Source: a virus (Duplodnaviria; Caudoviricetes). From it: DNA of 31,033 nucleotides. The translations under genes and the position numbers were made by a program. Each line of letters starts with the position of its first letter. Positions within the stretch are counted from its first letter, which is position 1. Where the stretch lies: positions 1-31,033 of the IMG/VR virus record IMGVR_UViG_3300031215_000047; one strand, given 5' to 3'. Of this stretch, positions 25,966 through 31,033 are shown piece by piece. Below the pieces are notes generated by a model, which saw only the letters and a program-made list of their open reading frames with translations, did not search any database and was not told the origin of the DNA.

Positions 25966-27833
25966 TATCTTCTCCCGTCTGGGCGCATATCTATTCTAGG
26001 GATTCCGAGTTTCCACTGCGTACCCAACGTGTCTGATTCTACTCTAAATGCCATCTGTCGCCCGCGTACTCGAATATCTAGCTGCGGAGTAAACTGGTCA
26101 ACCGGTACAACTGCACTTCTTACCACAGGTCCTTGACTGTTGCCTCCTACCGAACGCGGGTCAATCTGCGGACCGCCAGCACTGTACCTCGGGATAAAAG
26201 TCATCATAGCCTCAGGATTCTGTGAAGTAGACCCAATAAACCCTATATCTGGCAAACACCGCCAAATAAACATAGTTCTATCTCCATCCTCTAAATCGAA
26301 ATCCCCAGACTGCACGTATGCATTTATCGCTTTCGGCTCGTCCGTCTCGTTGTCGTCGACCCCATCTTCATGCTGTACAATATTTTTACTGTAAGTAGCA
26401 GCTACCGGAAAAGCTAGTACGGAAGACCCGACCCACGCTGAACGCTTTAAACTACCATAGGACCAAATACCCGCACCGTAATCGTATATAACATATCGGT
26501 TAACCTCGGTAGAGTTAGCACTGCAGTAAAAGAACCATACTTCGTTAAATTGTTCAACCGCACCGGCAAATACTTGGCGGTATTGTTCTTCATTTATATC
26601 CTCAAACACGTACCTAAGTACGTCAGAATCTAAGTTGCGTATGTTCCCGTCATACTGGTAAAAGTTTTCTCTGCCCATCCAATAACAAACCCCATTGGAT
26701 ACAACTTTAGCATTGGGGCTAACTAGGGTTATGTTAGACGCTAATATCTGTGCGCCCCACACTGCCGGAGCTCCTAAATACTGCAACGAATATAAGGCAA
26801 CGTCGGTAAACACTAGAACCTCTTGTCTACTCTGCACGGCTGTAATTATCTCTGAGCCTCTTGATAGCCGTAAGCTACCCGCTTGGTTAGTTATAGAAGG
26901 TGTCCAGTTAGTGATGTCTTCTTGGTCAGACCAACGAAGTAGCATGGCGTCAAGTGAGCTCTCGCCTATATTGTTAGTCCCAAAACAAAACGCAAAACGC
27001 AAGGTATCTGACACAAATACTGAGTTCTGTATTACAGGCACATCTGAGGCTCCGGGAAGAGAACTAACCAGCACCGCACGTGCAGATACGCCAGAAGTAA
27101 CATCCCAGTAATATAGAGCGCCGCCGTGTGGTCCTAAGAACAAATCTTCCCCGAACACGTCTTGCGACCATAACTGTAGCTGGATATTAGCAGATTCACC
27201 TATACCCCATGCACCTATACCCCACGTACCTGCGCCCCAACCTTCGGTAGGGATAACTATTTCTGGCCCCGTTGCTATCTGGTATTGCCCTACTGTGAGT
27301 GTACCGCCGTTACCGGTGTCCGCGCCGTTCGCTAAAGTTTTTACGTCGACTGTATATGTGTCGTCGTCCAACACTTCAATTATTTGGTACTCCCTATTTA
27401 GGAGTGCGCTGTTTAAGTTACCACCTAAGCTGTCGGCATCAAAGAAAGTTACAAAGTTTTCCGCTCTTGCCCCATGGTCTATATTAGTTACCGTAACTAT
27501 AGAACTGCCGTTGGTAGCGGAGAACGTTACCGCTCCCGCGGCAGTGGTGCTACGTATGGGCGTTATGTCAAAATATGCCCCACCAAACCCAATATAGAAT
27601 TTAAGATTAGTCCCAAGTCCTAAATACGCAGCGCCGCCGTTAGAGCTCCACACTCTTAAAGACCTACATATTCCCAGATATGTGTCACGAGATATACGTC
27701 TCCAGCCGCCTATCTTTTCAGGTAGCCCTTGACGGAAACGAACTTTGTCACAGTCATACCACCCTGACTCGTTGGCGTAACGTGTTACTTCGCGGTTAAT
27801 TCCCGGTTTAAAGTTCAGTTTCTTGAGGGGCAT
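25965..27833 (-). CDS. Tail stabilization / tubular protein B-like (beta-propeller nozzle, P22 gp10-like)
   Basis: 622 aa, beta-rich; KPGINRE...DKVRFRQGLPEKIGGW, LRWSDQED and NEVWFFY motifs; position in the late operon. Confidence 0.7.
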   Translation of the reverse strand: MPLKKLNFKPGINREVTRYANESGWYDCDKVRFRQGLPEKIGGWRRISRDTYLGICRSLRVWSSNGGAAYLGLGTNLKFYIGFGGAYFDITPIRSTTAAGAVTFSATNGSSIVTVTNIDHGARAENFVTFFDADSLGGNLNSALLNREYQIIEVLDDDTYTVDVKTLANGADTGNGGTLTVGQYQIATGPEIVIPTEGWGAGTWGIGAWGIGESANIQLQLWSQDVFGEDLFLGPHGGALYYWDVTSGVSARAVLVSSLPGASDVPVIQNSVFVSDTLRFAFCFGTNNIGESSLDAMLLRWSDQEDITNWTPSITNQAGSLRLSRGSEIITAVQSRQEVLVFTDVALYSLQYLGAPAVWGAQILASNITLVSPNAKVVSNGVCYWMGRENFYQYDGNIRNLDSDVLRYVFEDINEEQYRQVFAGAVEQFNEVWFFYCSANSTEVNRYVIYDYGAGIWSYGSLKRSAWVGSSVLAFPVAATYSKNIVQHEDGVDDNETDEPKAINAYVQSGDFDLEDGDRTMFIWRCLPDIGFIGSTSQNPEAMMTFIPRYSAGGPQIDPRSVGGNSQGPVVRSAVVPVDQFTPQLDIRVRGRQMAFRVESDTLGTQWKLGIPRIDMRPDGRR

Positions 27834-27846
27834 ACCCTACTCCACG

Positions 27847-28248
27847 TTATTGGCTTTTATAAGCCCTGTATCCCAGACCTGCTACAATAGTAACACCGAG
27901 TAGTTCTTGGTAGTTAGGCACTAAATCCTTAACTGCGTTGTTCGCTTCAACGGCGGCCATCATGTATTCAGGGTTACCAAGAAGCGTCCCAAGGAACGCG
28001 GCAAAAAACGTAGTTACTAAAGGCAAGGTCATAATAACAGTAATGTACTCGTCCTTCCACGTAGCACCTTCGTTGCGTTTGGCAATCATGTCTATTTCTT
28101 GCTCATTAAACACGACTTGCTTTTCGCCTGACTCTTTCGCTTGCGCTATTTTCCCGTCTATAGCCCTAGCTTGCATCTTGCGGGTTTCTCGCTTATTAAA
28201 GAAACCTCCAACGACTTCTGCTATGCCAACAATAGGGTTCCAGTTCAT
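27847..28248 (-). CDS. Putative holin (3TM GTA-holin-like)
   Basis: Amphipathic N-terminus, TWKDEY motif followed by hydrophobic segments, basic C-terminus; ATGA-coupled to the endolysin-like gene. Confidence 0.65.
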   Translation of the reverse strand: MNWNPIVGIAEVVGGFFNKRETRKMQARAIDGKIAQAKESGEKQVVFNEQEIDMIAKRNEGATWKDEYITVIMTLPLVTTFFAAFLGTLLGNPEYMMAAVEANNAVKDLVPNYQELLGVTIVAGLGYRAYKSQ

Positions 28249-28649
28249 AATTTACGACTACTATCTGTTACGATTACCTTGCCTTTCTCGGCGGCAATCT
28301 TCATAAGGTGTTTAAACGTTGCGTCACTGTTGCCAACGTCGGGTATACCATCCTTGTCAATGTCTTTAATCATATCCCCGACCAACACACACCCTTGTAT
28401 CTGATGCGTGAAGTTCCCTGCATGTATGTATATCCACGTTCGCCCTTCGACATCTTTTATGTGGATAACCCAGCCCAGCGTAGGAGATAGGCGTTTTTCA
28501 TACTCATACGAACCTGATGGTATACAAGACACGTTTGATGCGTTCCTAAGCCAAGGCAACTCTAAGGTGAAGCAACGAAAGTCGCCGCACTGTAAAATAC
28601 CGATGGTGCAATCCCGCGCAATCGCGCTATTGATTATTATCGTACTCAT
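28245..28649 (-). CDS. DUF5675-family protein (L,D-transpeptidase-like fold; putative endolysin)
   Basis: TIG...FTLELPW...SCIPSGSY...IYIHAGN...GCVLVG. Confidence 0.82.
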   Translation of the reverse strand: MSTIIINSAIARDCTIGILQCGDFRCFTLELPWLRNASNVSCIPSGSYEYEKRLSPTLGWVIHIKDVEGRTWIYIHAGNFTHQIQGCVLVGDMIKDIDKDGIPDVGNSDATFKHLMKIAAEKGKVIVTDSSRKL

Positions 28650-29347
28650 TTATCCTCCTGTTCTATAATCATCCCAGCGACTAATACTTCACCATCGCCC
28701 GTTATATACTTGAAACGCACGACATCCACTAGGACCATTTCACCCGTCCCCACCTCTAAAAACACTTCTTCCCGGAGGGGCTCTTCGGATTGTAGTACTT
28801 GTAAGTCACTCGCATAGTACACACTTGCTAAATCCACAGGGTGTAATTCAAAATGCGTTTTCCCTACGGCTGTCTTCCTAGTTAGTCCGTATTTTGCGGT
28901 GTACTTTTCGTTTATTATCTCTACAGTATGTGACCCGTCGGCGTTTATACGCATGGCCCATGCAGCAAAAGGCATGTTTTCGACGAATGATTCTAACCTT
29001 GCAGTGTTCTGGTTCCGTTCTTCTAGCTTATTCTGCAGTCGGAATATCTCAATACGTAAGGTCATATTTTCTTCGGCTTTTCGTCTATTGGCCTCTACTA
29101 ATGTCCTACTATACTCCTCTTGTTCCCTTAGCGCCTCTCTTAAACTCCTGACATCTATCTGCAGGGCAGATATTAGTTCCATTACTTGGTCGTCACCGCT
29201 AGTATCTATATCGGCTTTAAATATTAAGAAATACCCGCTAAGGGTTACCAGAGCCGTCAAAGCCCCCACCAGTAGCGTGGTATTCCAGTTAGTCTTTGTA
29301 TTATCGTGCGGTGGTTCACTTAACACCGACATATCTCGTTTGTACAT
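28646..29347 (-). CDS. Membrane-anchored coiled-coil PAS-domain protein
   Basis: TM helix TLLVGALTALVTLSGYFLIF; heptad region; LESFVENMPFAAW...INEKY...GLTRKTAVGKTHFELHP...DLQVL PAS_4-like pattern. Confidence 0.8.
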   Translation of the reverse strand: MYKRDMSVLSEPPHDNTKTNWNTTLLVGALTALVTLSGYFLIFKADIDTSGDDQVMELISALQIDVRSLREALREQEEYSRTLVEANRRKAEENMTLRIEIFRLQNKLEERNQNTARLESFVENMPFAAWAMRINADGSHTVEIINEKYTAKYGLTRKTAVGKTHFELHPVDLASVYYASDLQVLQSEEPLREEVFLEVGTGEMVLVDVVRFKYITGDGEVLVAGMIIEQEDK

Positions 29348-29385
29348 TTCTAGTTCCTTCTGTCACATTTAAAACCAAATATCCG

Positions 29386-29850
29386 TTAAAGACCTCCACC
29401 GTCGCCCGGGTCAAATCCGCCCGTATTGACCGCGCTAAACGTGACTCGTAGACTATCTATGTTAGTAATTTTACCTACCTCCCTGACAGTTATGTCATAA
29501 ACGCCAGTCACCGTGCTGTTACTCGTGCTGTTACCCATCGAAAAGGTTCTACTAGTACTTAACAGATTATACCCAGACGGGCCACTAATCGTATTACTCC
29601 CGCTGACGAATACGGCGGCAACTTCATACTGCGAAGAATCTAACCCCGTTGTCGATGCCCAAGTGCCGGTGTCGGCATTAAAAGCTGATGCCCAAGTGCC
29701 GTTAGAATTTATGTTAAACACTGCTAAAGGGGATTCCCCCGTATCCGATACGGTGATAGCACTTCCGGGGCTGAACACCACCGCGTTGTTGGAAGGGCCT
29801 GAACCCGAAGCGGCTATAGTACCCTGTAATACGTGGGTCATAGCACTCAT
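29386..29850 (-). CDS. Hypothetical S/T/G-rich beta protein (tail fibre tip or accessory protein)
   Basis: 154 aa, directly coupled downstream of the tail fibre gene. Confidence 0.65.
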   Translation of the reverse strand: MSAMTHVLQGTIAASGSGPSNNAVVFSPGSAITVSDTGESPLAVFNINSNGTWASAFNADTGTWASTTGLDSSQYEVAAVFVSGSNTISGPSGYNLLSTSRTFSMGNSTSNSTVTGVYDITVREVGKITNIDSLRVTFSAVNTGGFDPGDGGGL

Positions 29851-31031
29851 TATCGTAGCCCTGCGCCAAACACGTGTATCGCGCTAGAACTTGCTACCAC
29901 AACAGTACACACCCCGCCCGGCTCTAAGACCCTATTACCTTGTTCTCTGGCTTCCCCCGAATACCAAAACAACGTATCTGAAGTCCCTGCGTTTAGGTTC
30001 ATATCTCCCGACGAAGAGTTGACTATAGTAAAAGCACTGCCTACTTGTATTGAGGTACCCACTGTAAACGTAACCACACTATTAGTGACTTTCTGGTAGT
30101 AGATATTGTTCGCGCCACCCGCTGTAACATTGGTAAGTATGACTGGCGCTATATTCAGTAACTCCTCACCCTCCAAATCTGCAACCCTAGTCGTGAGAGA
30201 AGGTATTGCAGTGTTCTCTAGAGCGGTGACATCACCTTGCAGGTTACTGATGTCGGTATCGTTACTCGTTATTCTATTGCCTAAGGTCGTAGCACCGCTT
30301 TGCAGGGCGCTGATATCGCCATCATTGCTCGTTACCCGGCCCGAAAGCGCTGGTATTGTAGTGTTCTCTAGAGCGGTGACATCACCTTGTAAGTTACTGA
30401 TGTCGGTATCGTTACTGGTTACTCGCCCAGACACTGTCGCAACATCACTAGCGTTAGCAGTTGTCGCGTTCTCAGTGGCAATCATACGGTTTGTTAGCGT
30501 GTTAACATTAGAGGTATTCGTAGACGTAGCGCTTTCAGTGTTAGTAACCCGCGTAGTAAGTCCCGATATAGCTGTGGAGTTACTAGCAATGTCACCGGCG
30601 TTGTCTGAAATATCTCCTTCTGCTGCAGTAACACGGTTCGATAGCGCAGTGACGTCGCCGTTGACCCCGCTGTTTTCTAGACTAGTGACGCGAGTGTTAA
30701 GTCCGCTTACTCCCGTCGTGTTAGATGCCGTAGCGCTTTCGGTGTTAGTAACCCGCGTCGCTAACGCGCTTATGTCCGTATCGTTACTGGTTATTCTACC
30801 GCTCAGAGTGCTGATGTCGCCATCATTGCTTGTGACTCGCCCTTGTAGTGTAGATATGTCACCATCATTACTGGTTATTCTACCACTTAAATTGCTGATG
30901 TCCGTGTCGTTACTAGTTACTCGACCATCAAGCGTGTTTATACCTCCTTCATTGACATCTGCCTTGGCATCCACCTCGTCTATCGCACCTTGTACGTCAG
31001 TAGCAGTCAGCCCACTTGTAGCGTTATCGTA
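29850..31031 (-). CDS. Tail fibre protein, 5'-truncated at window edge
   Basis: Frame stays open past the track's 30974 start (YDNATSGLTATDVQGAIDE); 14-aa RVTSNDxDISxL coiled-coil repeats; beta-rich C-terminus. Confidence 0.85.
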   Translation of the reverse strand, partial: YDNATSGLTATDVQGAIDEVDAKADVNEGGINTLDGRVTSNDTDISNLSGRITSNDGDISTLQGRVTSNDGDISTLSGRITSNDTDISALATRVTNTESATASNTTGVSGLNTRVTSLENSGVNGDVTALSNRVTAAEGDISDNAGDIASNSTAISGLTTRVTNTESATSTNTSNVNTLTNRMIATENATTANASDVATVSGRVTSNDTDISNLQGDVTALENTTIPALSGRVTSNDGDISALQSGATTLGNRITSNDTDISNLQGDVTALENTAIPSLTTRVADLEGEELLNIAPVILTNVTAGGANNIYYQKVTNSVVTFTVGTSIQVGSAFTIVNSSSGDMNLNAGTSDTLFWYSGEAREQGNRVLEPGGVCTVVVASSSAIHVFGAGLR

Positions 31032-31033
31032 AG

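Larger units (their letters stand above)
1..31033. mobile_element. Partial tailed bacteriophage genome (podovirus-like, convergent replication and virion arms)
   Basis: Dense, overlapping phage-type genes throughout: PolA, SNF2 helicase and primase-helicase on the + strand; tail fibre, lysis and ejection-type proteins on the - strand; no host genes, integrase or att site visible. Confidence 0.95.

Noticed and set aside
29729-29739. GGGGATTCCCC as a third copy of the palindrome
   Set aside because: Matches only the core, lacks the TTAT/ATAA arms and lies inside a CDS; plausibly chance
13232-29887. Numerous + strand ORFs over the late genes (e.g. 18557-19432, 23060-23920, 13910-14605)
   Set aside because: Antisense shadows of long - strand genes, S/L/P-rich with no recognisable motifs
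30106-31032. 308-aa + strand ORF
   Set aside because: Antisense shadow of the repetitive tail fibre gene; no independent coding signal
1-31033. tRNA genes, introns/inteins, diversity-generating retroelement, alternative genetic code
   Set aside because: No cloverleaf, reverse transcriptase or interrupted core gene seen; standard-code ORFs tile the window and TAA, TAG and TGA all act as stops

Overview
This window is about 31 kb of a double-stranded DNA tailed phage genome, with podovirus-like architecture and no bacterial housekeeping genes. The left arm (+ strand, 1-12.6 kb) has small early genes (NinX-like, Zn-finger, HTH, two unannotated single-TM microproteins), then a replication module: VRR-NUC nuclease, family A DNA polymerase (Leu762 type), Cas4-like exonuclease, HNH-like protein, SNF2 helicase, HTH protein, SSB-like protein and primase-helicase. 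The right arm (- strand, 12.7-31 kb) is the distal half of the late operon: truncated tail fibre, a lysis cassette (TM-coiled coil-PAS protein, DUF5675 endolysin-like protein, 3TM holin), tail stabilization protein, and several internal/ejected virion proteins including a 2242-aa HExxH protein. Terminase, portal and capsid genes are not in the window. The two best candidates for something undescribed are (1) a roughly 67-nt candidate small RNA in the gap between the convergent arms, with its own extended -10 promoter and terminator, complementary to the ribosome-binding sites of several of the phage's own early/replication genes, and (2) a membrane-anchored PAS sensor translationally coupled to the lysis genes. 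A 17-bp palindrome found twice, once overlapping a terminator, suggests a further regulatory layer. All family assignments come from recognising motifs by eye; no database searches were run.
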